DNA from: Bugula neritina | Taxonomy: Eukaryota > Animalia > Bryozoa | Direction of reading: 5' to 3' | Length of the DNA: 64,000 nt | Assembly: GCA_964035545.1 (NCBI GenBank) | Contig: OZ037768.1 | Span: 1,480,384-1,544,383 of the forward strand | Part shown: piece after piece, positions 51,701 through 64,000 of the stretch | How the letters are laid out: the number at the start of each line of letters is the position of its first letter | Numbering within the stretch: the first letter of the stretch is position 1 | The notes under the pieces: model-generated | Database searches by the model: none | What the model was told of the DNA's origin: nothing | What the model saw: only the letters and a program-made list of their open reading frames with translations | Program-made: the position numbers and the translations under genes

Positions 51701-54700
51701 TTAGCAGACGGCGTATTGTACACAGCTGTATTCAGGTTAGTGATATTCTAGTCTCCCTTAGAGAGGAGACAATTTCTAACTAAAAGTAGTGACTATGTAT
51801 AACTAATAACAGCTTTGAAATATTAAGTTTGAGGAATTTTCTTGAATTATGAGTTTAAAAATAATTATTTATTATGTCTGGTATATCGTAATGTTTTAGA
51901 AATTATTTTGTTGTAATACATAATAACAATTTATTTAGTTCAGAAATTCATAATTGTGAAATTTTTGAGAATTAAAATGTTTCGAGGTTGTATTGTGAAT
52001 AGAAATTGTATACGTACGTTTAAACATAGCTATATATTACACATACATGCATTGTCTGTTAGGGGTATAGACTATTTAGACCAGGTGTGTGTTATGTATT
52101 ACTCATGTATATTATATTAAGGATGTATAATATATATTATATCTATAGATTATATAATTCAGGTGTATGTTATGAGTATATGATATATATTATGTTAATG
52201 AGGTATAATATATATTACAACTATAGAATATATTGCACAACTTACTGATATAGATTTTCAGTTAGGAATAGAGGCTACAAGAATGTATGAATGTTATGGA
52301 TGTAGAGCAGACATAGATTCTTACCCCTAGAAGTATATAATATATTCTAAATTAACAGATTCATCTATGCAAGCATTTCTTTCATAAAGTTGTGTTTGTA
52401 TAAATTTAGTTTTAAATTCAAAATGGAGTTTGTGGAGATTTATACTCCAGTAACGAATTGTTTTTGTTCTACAGATTCTAAGACTGGCGCCAAAACTTGT
52501 GTCTCTAAGCAAGAACAGCAGATGTCATCCCGCGCTCCACCAAATGGCGTAAGCCTAAATACTTCCTTTCTTATGCTGGTTGTAGATGAAATATTATTGT
52601 AAGATTTAAAGAGCTTTGGAAAAGTTATGGTACTGATAAATTTCTGTGGTTTTGCAGTGAAGATTTGAAGGAAAATTGTTCTGAAATGGTGGCTGAGATT
52701 CATGATTTGGAGAGAAATGTCAACTCTCTTGTGATGGAGGTAATGGTAGATGTTCTTAAGGAGACATCAGAGCCGTTGGAAAGGCTGGTCAGGGCTGCCC
52801 TCTCACAAAAGACAGTAAGTTTTGTGGTAGTACAGTATACTAATAATACAGTAATACTGTATATTATATAATAATGCAATATATTATACAATAATACAGT
52901 GTATTATATAGTAATGTAGTATACAACAAACTCATGTGACATGATTTGCATGTACATGTAGCTACAGTAACTCATAATACAGCATATAATGTGTTATATA
53001 TTGTCTATATTATTATAGTAATAGTATACAGTTAAGCTCTATTACTATAGCATACTATCTCATAGTCACACATATTGTTATAGATATCAAAGACCTCCCT
53101 AACACCTTCCACTCAGCTATTCTATGATGAGTTTTGTAACCATGCTGACCTGGTTTATCAAGTGACAGCGTTTATAGCCAGCAGCTCTGCTGACAGAACC
53201 TGTAAGATACCAGCTTGTTAGACTATCTTGAGTGGTATTGTTAGACTATCACTTTGGATACCTGCTACTAGCTCTCCTATCACCTGCTGCACATGTCATA
53301 ACACATATAACTCATATCACAGTTAACTGGATAGTTTAAGCTCTGATTGTAAACTTGTAGGTGTAGATAAAGTGAAAGACACCATTGCAGTGTTGCAGAA
53401 ACTTGGTAAGGGAATCTTGCCTGCGCTTCTAGAGTGTCAGAAAGTGCACAAGGCACCTGCCATAGAACATTTAAAGTATATTCATGGCAGGTGGGACAGG
53501 GAGATGCAGTACTTGTCGAGGCTGGTTGATGAGATCACAGACATGTCCGTCTTTACAGAGGCTACTGGTTAGTATCACTTCTACAAAAATATTTTTGACT
53601 AAAGTTTTAAAGTGTATTTAAGGAAATTTTTAGTAAACAAGTTTTTATTGTTATGAAGTAGAATAATTCACAAATTTAGAAAGCTGAAAGGATAAGAATA
53701 TGTTGTTATAGCTGGACAGTTTGATTTATATGTAAAAGTTTTTGTCACCTTACACTTTTTGTATCACAAGAAAGCTTTGAACTCACTCACTCTGTAAAAT
53801 GTCTTAGTAGTGCATCACCTAATCTTTATGATGCATTCATTAATAACTCTTACCCTTTAATACTTTATTACTTCTGGTGCACACATCTTTATATATTAAA
53901 TAGATTCAGTGAATCTTTTGTTGACAAAAATTATCAGGTGGCAAAAGATCTTGGAATATCTTAGAAGTAAACACTAAAAATACTTATCATCTATTCTCTA
54001 GTAGTCCACGGAAGTTCTTCATTCTCGTTTGTACTTTCATGCAGGTGCAGTGCTAAGTCGAGGCAAAGTGATGCTTGAATCTGTACTAAACAACAGTGAC
54101 CTTGACTTTCCGACCTTTGCTGAGTTGGTTAGAGGTCAAATGGGACTCGGTGGTCATCTCTTGAAAGTCCTGACTCACCAGTCTGCGAATCTCTCAGCTG
54201 ATGTACAGGATGGCCTTTCCTTGGCCTGTTCTAGCATTGCTGCAGGTTCGCTTTGCTCATCAGTCTCAACAGAGTCAATCTGCATCTTTCTGTATTTGTC
54301 TAGAAAGGATATATGTTTTACTGTTTTTGTTTGAAAAGCCTGATTTAAATTAAATACTTTTTATATATCATTGCAACGGCGTGTTTTTTGAAATTATTAA
54401 ATTATTTTTGTGTGCAACACCAACTAACAGCTGCCAAAATTTCAGTCAACTTCAAACTCTGACATACTACTGGTGAGTCACGTGATGTGTCAGTCTCTGT
54501 ATTTCAGTGACTGAAGGTGTAAAGAAAGTAGCCGACAAAATGTTTGTTGGTGCGAGTACTAAAGAGGTCAAGGATGTTTTACTCGGTAGATTGACTCTAC
54601 TAGAGGACTGTGTTCGGCTGGTGAAAGATATATTGGATGGAGAGGAAGTCAGTGCGAAGGCGTTTGAGAAGATTCGTCACTTGGGTTAGCTGAACATCTT

Positions 54701-57700
54701 TTTGAAACTAAACTACATTTCTTGTACTGGAATGCTCCAGAAACATTCTGATTTCATTCTTTTGAGATTAAATGTTCCATCATTACAAATAGATTTATTT
54801 ACAGTATACTCTAGTAAGCCTAGTTAGACTTTTAATTTAAGAGAGATAATAAAATATAGTTAGGAGTTATCTGACCACAGCTATGCAATTTCTTAATAAA
54901 ATAGAAAACTAGATGTTTTAAAAAGTAGCTTTTCTTACCACCGTTAGTTTTATGCAATCTATGTGGTAACTGAAACCAATACATCTGATCAAGGACCAAT
55001 GATGTTTCTGATTTAAAGTTGTTGGCCGATGATTTTACAGGTTTCAGATTAGCCAATGAAATGACTGATTCTGAGCTTCCAGCCAATGATATTACTGATT
55101 CAAATGTACAATATAATGAGGAGGAGGTTTCAGAGGGAGCTGACATGTGGCTAAGTTTGTTACCTCTAACATCAAAGAGTACATCTACAGAATCACCTTT
55201 GAAACATGACCTACTAACAGACTCCTTTCTCTTGTCCAAGCCTGGTAATCGTTATTCTTATCACATTGATCATTGATTGACTCAAAATATTTATTTCTAT
55301 TTCTATTAATCTGTAGAGCGTGCTTTGCTTGTCTTTAATCAGTAACCCTATTCTTAGTTTTACTTCAATGTTTAGTGTACCCAAATATATTTTGCCACAA
55401 ATTGCTATAGTCAAATCAACAATTTGGATTAAAATTAATTTTGTTTTTGTAGTTGTTTAAATATTGTATGCAACTGGAATTAAAAAATTATTTGTAGTAG
55501 AGGCCATAAATTTCTGCTGATGAAAGTCTAAATTGAATATTTTTGTTTGCAGGTGAAATAGACTTAGAACTTTATTCAATCATCCAACAACTATTGGAGG
55601 CAGTTGTGTCATGCGATGCTACTTCTATCGAAATATCTATTGGCAAAATTATGCAGACGGCAAATGACATTGTGAATGTCAGTTCAGTGGTTATACCAAC
55701 TGTTGATGAGAAAGGTTGGTTTAAATGCAAAGCTAATTTTTTACATAATGAGTAGAACCAGCCAGAAAACAGAAACTAGTTAGTTTTAAGAATATTCTTA
55801 CGAAATGCTAAATAGTTTTATTCTAGTTTTGATAAACTGTAGTTACCAGTTACTAATTACTTGTAAGCGAAAATATTTTTTTCAAAGAGAACTTTTATAC
55901 ATTAACTTTAAAAACTTGTAATTTTGGGTCATTTTTTCAAAGCAATAGAGTTGAGTCAAATAAAATCATTGTCTTAAAAAAGTTCACCGCTTTTGCAGAC
56001 GAGAAGGTAGCAATGAAGAAGTTGGTGTCTGCAATTTGTAAGCATACTATAGAGTTGTCAGCTCTTGCCTCACAAGTCCCACATACTGAGTTGTCTTCTC
56101 TCGATGACCTCCAACAGCTATTAGAAAAGTGGGGCCAAAGTGTAGAGGCCCTGGAAGATCTCTGTGATACTCAACTCTATGTCTATTTGGAACCGTGCAG
56201 ACAACTCCGAACTGGTCTTCAGCTGAAAAATATTCACCTCTTAAATACAGCTGTAGGTGTTGCAGGCTGTGTACCTGTTTATCCTTGAATTATTTGAGTT
56301 GATAGAATAAAACCTAAAGCCTACACCAATCAAAATTTTGCTTACAAAATGAAAATCAGTAAATAAATTACGAGACTTCTATTTTTCTATCGTCTTTTTG
56401 CATCAATAGCTATCTCTTTTTTAGCCACTCTAAATTAGTCGCCCAAACTATGTTAAATACACAGCAAGGTCTATTCACTGCCCAAGTCTTTTTTTGCTTC
56501 ATAATGTAAAACTTGCCTCGCACTATATGATCTCGCTGGGATATTTCTTGTCAAAACTCTGTAAGTTTTCATCTGCATAACTTAGCAGAAATTTTGTTGT
56601 AATTTTCTAACAGCCTCTTTGTTTTCCTGTACTTGAAATGTTTTATATTCTTAGAAAGAGTTTTAACTAAACTATCTCACCAGAGCTTTTGCTTTATTTC
56701 TGTAGAAAGAGGAACTCAAAAATATTAGTTCACAATTTGATCAGCTGTTGGTTTTCAAAGAAGATGAAGTCAAACCTGAATTGTTTGTAGCCGAAAGTTT
56801 GCGGTTGAAGAACAGGAAATGTTGCGGAGAAATGCTGAATATAGACTTGACTGGTATGTCAACATTCACCACAATTAGTGTGATAGTGTTTCTTGATCTC
56901 TATTGTCTAATACTGTACAATACCAGAAGCTTGGAATATGTTACTAATGTACTTTTTATACGACTAAACACTGACCTAGTAGATGAGATAAAAGATGGTA
57001 GTTGGAATGAATGAATATCATTAACCTGGGGATAAAGTATTCACCTTTTATTGCCCAGTTGACCAGCTATAATTAAACACCAATGTCATTAATACCTTTA
57101 CTTGTTATTCAACTTTTTTGAAGCTTCAAGTTGAAGTTTATAGTCCATAGAGGCGTGAATTATCAGATTTTATATATACATTATATTTTTAGAGTACATT
57201 CTATCAAAATAACGAGTCTTCTTATGTTGTTAAAACAAACTTACTCTAAACTCGTAATATGTTTGCAGCGAGTGTAAGATTTGTATCCTCACAGAGCAGG
57301 CAGTGGGCATGCTCTATTCTCTCGGCTACCAACGCTGTATCTGAGACAGCGAAAGACATTCTGGCAGCACGTTGTGATGTCCACCAGTTGAACGCTGCCG
57401 ACTGTGTTATGCTTGCAGAACACCTCAAGTCTATCCACCATGTCCTCAAGTCATGGTCTGTTTTCACAAGTTAAATTTAAACATGCATTAATTATATTCA
57501 AAGTTATACTTGTTTTTCAAGTTGAATACTTAATTTCGTTTTTGATATATAATAATTGTTGCATCAGCATTGTGTAGGGCACAGATGTCTATGCGTTGAG
57601 CACAGATGCTGCACTGTAACTCAAACTACGATATTGTTTATTGTCAACAGTATAAATTTTCATATATAACCTGAAAACATAAATAGTTTGACTCAATTCA

Positions 57701-60700
57701 CACTCAATAATTACATTTACAACTCTTCTCAGCAGTATAAACAAGAGATAATATAATACTTGCAATTGCGATCTGTCAATAAGGTGAAAGTTAAAATACG
57801 AGTGAGATGAATACAGCTTGCTTTTCTCCTTCCCTTTTTGATCTGCACTGATTCATACAGAATATTGATAGCTGGCAAAAAGCTTTCACCAAAAAAGCTT
57901 TCACCAAAAAGCTTTCACCAAAAAGCTCTTGATACAATTATTGCTATCATTATGTAATCATTATGCATTTGCTGCAGATTAAAAGCTGCAGATATTTTTG
58001 TTAACTGGTATTGAGTATGAGGCCTTTCAATTCCAACAGTCAAGTTTTTCATCTGAGTTTCATATTAGAAACAGAAATTTTAACAATATCAAGCAAAATT
58101 TTTAATAATTAAATTTAGTTTCGAATTCTTTTGTATTATGTTTACAGCGTCTGCACTTATGCTGAGATGGTAAAACTCAACACAGTTTTTGATAAGATCT
58201 GTTCTCTCATTGGTCAGATATGTGACAATACACCAATGGACTTGGAGCTTTTAGATGACATAAATTCTGCAACCAAATATCTGAAATTTGCAGTTCAAGT
58301 ATGTGATATGTTTGTTGTGACTCATTTGTGGCTTCCATACCATCTGACTTGTAATTATTAATATTTCACATGTTTAACTTTAACTGATGAGGCAGCTAGT
58401 TTAAGTTCTAAAGTATTTTTAGTATTTTATTTCTAGTAATGTTACTGAAAGAAATATATTAGTGTAAGGAATATGCTGAGTTGCATAATAGGGAAAAAAA
58501 ATCTTAATACTCAAATATTCAGTTATTTAAATTATTTACAAAGTTGCCAAAAGCATGTCTTTCCTGTAACCCCCATTTCCTGTTTATGTCCAGGTGTCCG
58601 AATACCTTGCAATGGTAGATGTACACTTAGACGTGTATGAATGCAAGGCAGCACAACTTGCTGACTTGGCAGCGTCAGTGTTTAGAGATGAGGGTGAGTC
58701 ATACTTCAGACTCTGCTAGAATATATGTAATTAAATGTGGCGTGAGCTGAAAACTCCCAAACTTCACCAAATGATAATTTTAATTGCAGCAGCCTCTTTA
58801 TCTAAAGTTCTTTGAAATTTCATTAGTGAAGTTAAATATGCTATTTAAATATAGTAAAGGGAAAATAGGTCAAATTTTTTTTCTGATTTTAATATCAATT
58901 TTTTTTATAGTTGTTAATTTAACAAAAAATTATTCTTCTACCAATTTTTAATAATATAAATAGCCTAAAGTGCTGCGTGTTTGCTGTGATTAATGATGCA
59001 TAGACAAGGGCTTGTTATCAGATAATTACTAACATTTGAATGGTCTTATGAAAAAACTCTCCTTAAAAACAGAGTAAAAATTTGAAAAATAACACATTTA
59101 AATAAATTAAAAGCCAAAAGATAAACAAGGCTGCAAGACATGATTAAATATTTTGTATAATCATAAGATTAACCTAACATACTTATATATTGTACACCTT
59201 TCCAGGGTTCAATTCTAGTATTTAAACATTGTGCTCACATTTATGCAGGGGTTAAAACAAAGTATGTGGAGATAAAAGGAAGTCTCAAAGCTGACGTAGA
59301 CAAGCTGATTGGTCATTCTTCCGGCAGCATTACTAGCCAGTCTACAGCTGATGCAGCTGCCAAAAGCTTTCACCAACTCCTTGATGTTGCAGATCAGCTG
59401 ACCAAAAGTAAATAAACAATAATTTATAATACATATCATTACAAATTTAAACGTGTTGTTAAATGCTAAAACAGGTTTTATTTCACATACACATTTCTGT
59501 GTATCTAGTTTTTTAGTTTTACAAGTTTTAAATTATAATCAAAATGAAAGTCTAAGTAAGAAATTCAAACTAGTGAATGTAAATAAGGCTAATTATAATA
59601 TTATATAGCTGCAGCTAAAAGTATTAATTTATATATTGTGTAGATTTTGTTATTCTACACAGTGTAGGGTAGTAACTAGTTATATGTGCTGCCTGGTTAT
59701 GCTGCTTACAGCTGCTGCCACAGGCAGGCTGCTGACTCTATTTACCTGGCATCTTAGACTCTTCACTACACATTTACTCTACTTGAAGAGTAGTATGACA
59801 TCTTCAGAAGGTGAGTAATGCAAGTGATATGCTGTCTTGTATTGTTTTATACTTTCCATTATAGTTGTGATACTATACAATATATTATATTATATTGCAC
59901 TTTAAAATACATATTGTATTACCTTTTTATCTATTAAGTTGTCCTTTTACACTTTACTATGATACATTTTGATGATGCAGTGTTGTATAAATGCATTAAA
60001 TAATTTATGTTTACTTTTCTATTTGAATATTTCGTTTGTCAAACTATCACTTTGACTTTAGTGGGAGTAGAATTTGTGAATTGGAAGTTTTCTTCACCTG
60101 GATATAAAATATACTGAAAGCATGTTTTTTTGTTTTTTAGGAGAACAACATTTTAAAAGTTTGCTGGTGAGTGTGGAAAAAGTCAAGTCAAGTCTCAATC
60201 CTAGCAATTCAACTCTGAACTTTAGTGGTGAGACGGTCAGCTCTAAACCCACAGGCACCTCCAGGTATGCTGATTAAGTTACACTCCACTCAACTCTTAC
60301 TCATTAATTACCTGGTCAGAGATTAGACAAGTTGCTGATACACACCATTTGATATGCCAAAGTGGTTTTCTGACTTCCTGGCTAACAAAAGATTGTTGGA
60401 CGTTTTCTGTTTCTGTTAAAGCTAACACAAAAGTGATGTGTTTTAGTTTATCAACAGTCACTTAATATTTTTTTTTCTACAAATTTTAAAGCAAAAAATG
60501 CCTTAGCATAGGATTGAAAGTTTAGTTTTAGGAGTTATCCACTTTTTATAACTCAATATGTTTCGCTCTATTAAACTGTAGTCTCTTTGAGCTTGACATT
60601 CGGTATGTTTTGTTGTTGCTATAGCAACGTAGGAAATATCAACAATCAGATGGAAGAGAAAACTCGGGACCCACCCAGACGTCTCGCTACTATGTTTAGG

Positions 60701-62666
60701 GCAGCAGAAACTCCTTTTACAGTAAGGATGTAATCTTTGCTTTGTTTATACGTTCACCACCACATAGTGACTGGGTTTGGTATATGCAACTGATTTTAGT
60801 ATAGGAATAGAGAACTTATAGAATGGCTATAGTTTTTTAATAAATTGTTACTGCAGGTATGTAGAATACTTGTGAAAAAAGAAATATTGTTATTATAATA
60901 TTCTCCATTGTCTATTTTTGATTCAATTGTTGCATTAAGGTAAATGTTCCAGCACAATGAGCAAAGTTCACACAGTTGTGTGGGACCAGAGTTCTAGAGA
61001 ACTTTTTATACATACTCTAAGAAATAGTAGCATGAGCAAACACAGCCATCAGTAAAATCTGTCAATTTAAATCATAACTACAGTACTGTACAATATAGTG
61101 AGTGTGAGTTTTATTTTTTGAGTTTGATTCTATAGGTTGAATTGAGTGATTCATCAGTGACATTAAGAGTAGGCTGCCAGCAGAATATATTATTTAAAAT
61201 ATTTTTATATATTGTTCCAGTCACTCTAAATTTATATATGTATGTAGCTCTCAAATTTTGCTGCAATGGCAAGTAAATCTTAAATTAATGCATGTTACAG
61301 CGAGCTGTTAGAAAGTTTCATGGAGATTTGGCAAAGTGGGCAGACAACTCCAATCCTATTGTACAAGCAGCCCAACATCTGGCCACAGCCCTTCAAGAGA
61401 TGTCTCTGTACGCCAAGTACCACGAAGGTCCTGTACGCAGTAAACAGCAGCTTTATGACAAGTCCCAGCAGGTGGTCAAACACAGTCACACCATCACCAG
61501 GTTTTGCTCTGTGATTGCTAAATACTCATTAGCCAATCAAAGGTAAGGAAGGTGTAACCATAGCATTGGCTGTGTTTTCTTATTTTCATGTATTGAGTTG
61601 AATTTTTTTAATCATGGGTTGTCTATTGTTTATAGCTATTTATATCAACTTTTAAAAAGTCAATGGTAAAATACTAAAGTATTATTTTATTACTAAGAAT
61701 AATTTTTAGGTTTCTACTTTAAGTAACTGAATTCATTTTAATTAAGAAATAGATAAACAAGTTTTAGATGTTTTTAATCAGCAACTAGTTTCTAGCTGAG
61801 TTATTATAATGATGCCGGCAGCGACTACGGATTGTTTCAGACTATCAGAGGAACTGTTGTACCACAGCAATCAGGTCACTTTCTACACAGAGCAGCTCTC
61901 CATGCTCACTAATGTTAAAAGATGCACTGATGAGTTTGACACTACAGTCAACGCCTTGGCTACAAATGGTGATAATCTTATGAAGACCATATTACAGTCG
62001 CTCAAATCATCTGAAGCCATTCTTTTACGGGTCTGTTTTATGCAATTTTATTATTAATGTTGAGCGAAATGAAATCAGATGTGCTCTAATTCATGCAACT
62101 TTCTTATTGATTTTGGATTCATCTTTGTTAAAAATATAAGAAATTAGGTTTAGTGGCATCAAATATTGCTCAATTGTAACAAACATTAATGATTTAGCAT
62201 TTAGCAGTTGATTGTCTGAAACTTACAATTGATTTCATGTACAAAATGGATTAAATGTAGTCCTACATTATACACTGTATTACTAAATAATATGCTTACT
62301 GTATTACCTTAGAATATACTGTATTACTTGGAACATAATGTATCATTATAAAGCAAAATATTATAACATTTAGTAATATATGTAAAAACACATTACAGCA
62401 ATATTCTAATTTCTATTGCGGGTGTTACGTGATATTGTACATTTGACAAAATTTGTCATCAATTATTGCAGGGTTTAAAAGAACCTCCTGCAGGAAATGA
62501 TGAAGAACAACAAATCTACCATCTTGCTATTAATTGGAGGGGCGGTCTGCTAAAGTACCGGCACAATGAAACTCTCTACTCGGATGTCAATGACCTCGGG
62601 CTACGTGTTGTTTCCCAAAACTCTGGTGGCCCTCGTTTAGCTGAGATATGTCATATCAGAAAATAG
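48756..62666 (+). CDS. Elongated vinculin/alpha-catenin/alpha-catulin family protein (~1400 aa, ~27 exons)
   Basis: First exon 48756-48836 (MDKTVMLPKSFLQLKSSERVQAPVVNQ) resembles the catenin/vinculin N-terminal helix. Exon 50231-50410 (VAKQQRDMRSKEKRDLLGAAALTVKKMAPSVNTCCQTHLKYP) resembles alpha-catenin D1. Exons 61301-61542 and 61841-62030 (GDLAKWADNSNPIVQAAQHLATALQEMSLYAKYHEGPVRSK...LLYHSNQVTFYTEQLSMLTNVK) resemble the actin-binding tail. Last exon 62472-62666. Splicing around 59668-59810 and 60720-61300 is not fully resolved. Confidence 0.75.
50405..50466 (+). repeat. 19-bp repeat x3 of the donor junction (gctaag|gtgag...cag)
   Basis: gctaag|gtgagattcacag gctaaggtgagctttatag gctaaagtgagaacacag. 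Confidence 0.85.
60615..60628. promoter_or_regulatory. Perfect palindromic RFX X-box-like motif GTTGCTATAGCAAC overlapping an acceptor site
   Basis: Matches the X-box consensus GTTRCYATRGYAAC. Function is unverified. Confidence 0.35.
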
Positions 62667-64000
62667 TGACATGAATGCAACAAAGTGGTAGCTCATTACG
62701 ACTTTTTAACAGCTAAAAAGCTGTTAAAATTTTACACCAATATTCCTTGTACTGTGGCACTGCCTTTTTAATAGTGGTATTCAGTCTTATCACTTATGTT
62801 GAAAACAACTTTATTTATGGCGTTAAAAGTGTTGTTAAAAAGTTCAGGTAATTTTGATTCTGTTGCTTTATTATTGTTTTGTAACTCAAAAGCTGTGTGT
62901 TTATAATATTTTGTATTATTTTTGTCATTTAGTGATCATTTGATATGTTTAAACAAATATAAATCCGTCCTTATTTAAAATTGTGTAATCAATGATTTAT
63001 GTGTGTGTTTAAATGATGCGAAACTTTGCCTAACAGTTAAATTAGAGTTATTTCCTCTTATAAACACTCGCGCAATTTCATATCAAGTTGGCTCATAAAA
63101 AGCCTGTGATCCTAGATTTTTTCAAATAGTCTGGGTTTCCGATTGAACATTATGTTAGTAAGCAGCAGCTAAGCGACGTAAGCTATTGTGAAAGCTTGCT
63201 AAGTTAGCAGAATGTTCAGCGAGTTCACGGTTATAGCCATAGTAACTATGCCGCTGTTGCATGTAACGGAATAGAATCAATTTATAATAATTATTAATTT
63301 AGAACAAACCTTTTTCTTTAAAAGATATTTATTGTTATAAAAAAATGAAATTTGAAAACCAATTACCTGAAAGTAATACTGCAAAACTAATTTTTTTTCA
63401 GGTAAAAATAATTCATCATTTGTGACCAGCAAAGTGAGTATGTGAATGTTGAATTACTATCACTTAATCACTATCAGTATGAGTATGAGTATCAGTCTGT
63501 GACTGCCACTATCAGAATCAGTATGAGTATTACCATGACTATAAAGTATAAGTGTTATAATGTTCATAACTGATACTAACAGTATTACTATTATTTCTGT
63601 TTCTTTTTTAAATTGAAAAAAATTCTTGTAATAATAATATTAATATATCATTCGACTTAGTTTGGAGTTAATAAAGTTAAACTACTTGAAGATCACAATG
63701 TAAGTTTTAATCAGTACACAAATTAACTTTCCTAGCTGATAAAAAATTAAGATTATAAAATTTTATTAAGTAGTTTTGGATGTTAAACCTTATTAGTTGA
63801 AGTATGTCGAAATTAGCATCACCCACTCTTTCATACTTATAGTGGCATGTGATTTATATAATCTGGGGATTAATAATGACCAAATGCTAAAAGGAATGGT
63901 ATAATATCAATATGACAAAGCTATAAGAAGTTATTATAAGAAAGAAAATATAATAAAGAACTGAGTGATAGCAGTATAGGACCAAATAATAAATAATGAG

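Noticed and set aside
52262-52284. Possible 23-nt exon in the vinculin-like gene
   Set aside because: Frame-shifting. Flanking exons 51735->52475 already join in phase 0.
60952-61300. Additional exon(s) of the vinculin-like gene
   Set aside because: An open stretch exists, but I could not find a consistent set of phases without a ~28-nt intron. Left unresolved pending RNA data.

Overview
AT-rich, intron-dense animal genomic DNA. The style suggests a marine invertebrate/lophotrochozoan, but that is inference. It is not prokaryotic, and most ORF-track entries are intronic or repeat artefacts. I assembled six spliced genes by hand from GT-AG boundaries and frame continuity: (1) + strand STE20-like kinase SLK/STK10, 5' end outside the window, 605-26665; (2,3) two tandem, highly divergent secreted TGF-beta-superfamily paralogs with identical 3-exon structure, 28157-29597 and 31457-33831; (4) a - strand 577-aa protein with EF-hand-like N-terminus, E/K/R-rich helical spacer and a C-terminal domain resembling the dynein stalk microtubule-binding domain, 35277-40712; (5) - strand WWOX, 42609-46654; (6) a + strand elongated vinculin/alpha-catenin-family gene, 48756-62666. 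The most striking non-coding pattern is that many intronic minisatellites sit at splice sites, and several are tandem copies of the splice junction itself (donor, acceptor or branch point), producing arrays of decoy AG|GT sites. Also present are a 116-bp TA-flanked MITE-like hairpin, two candidate microexons and a coding VNTR.
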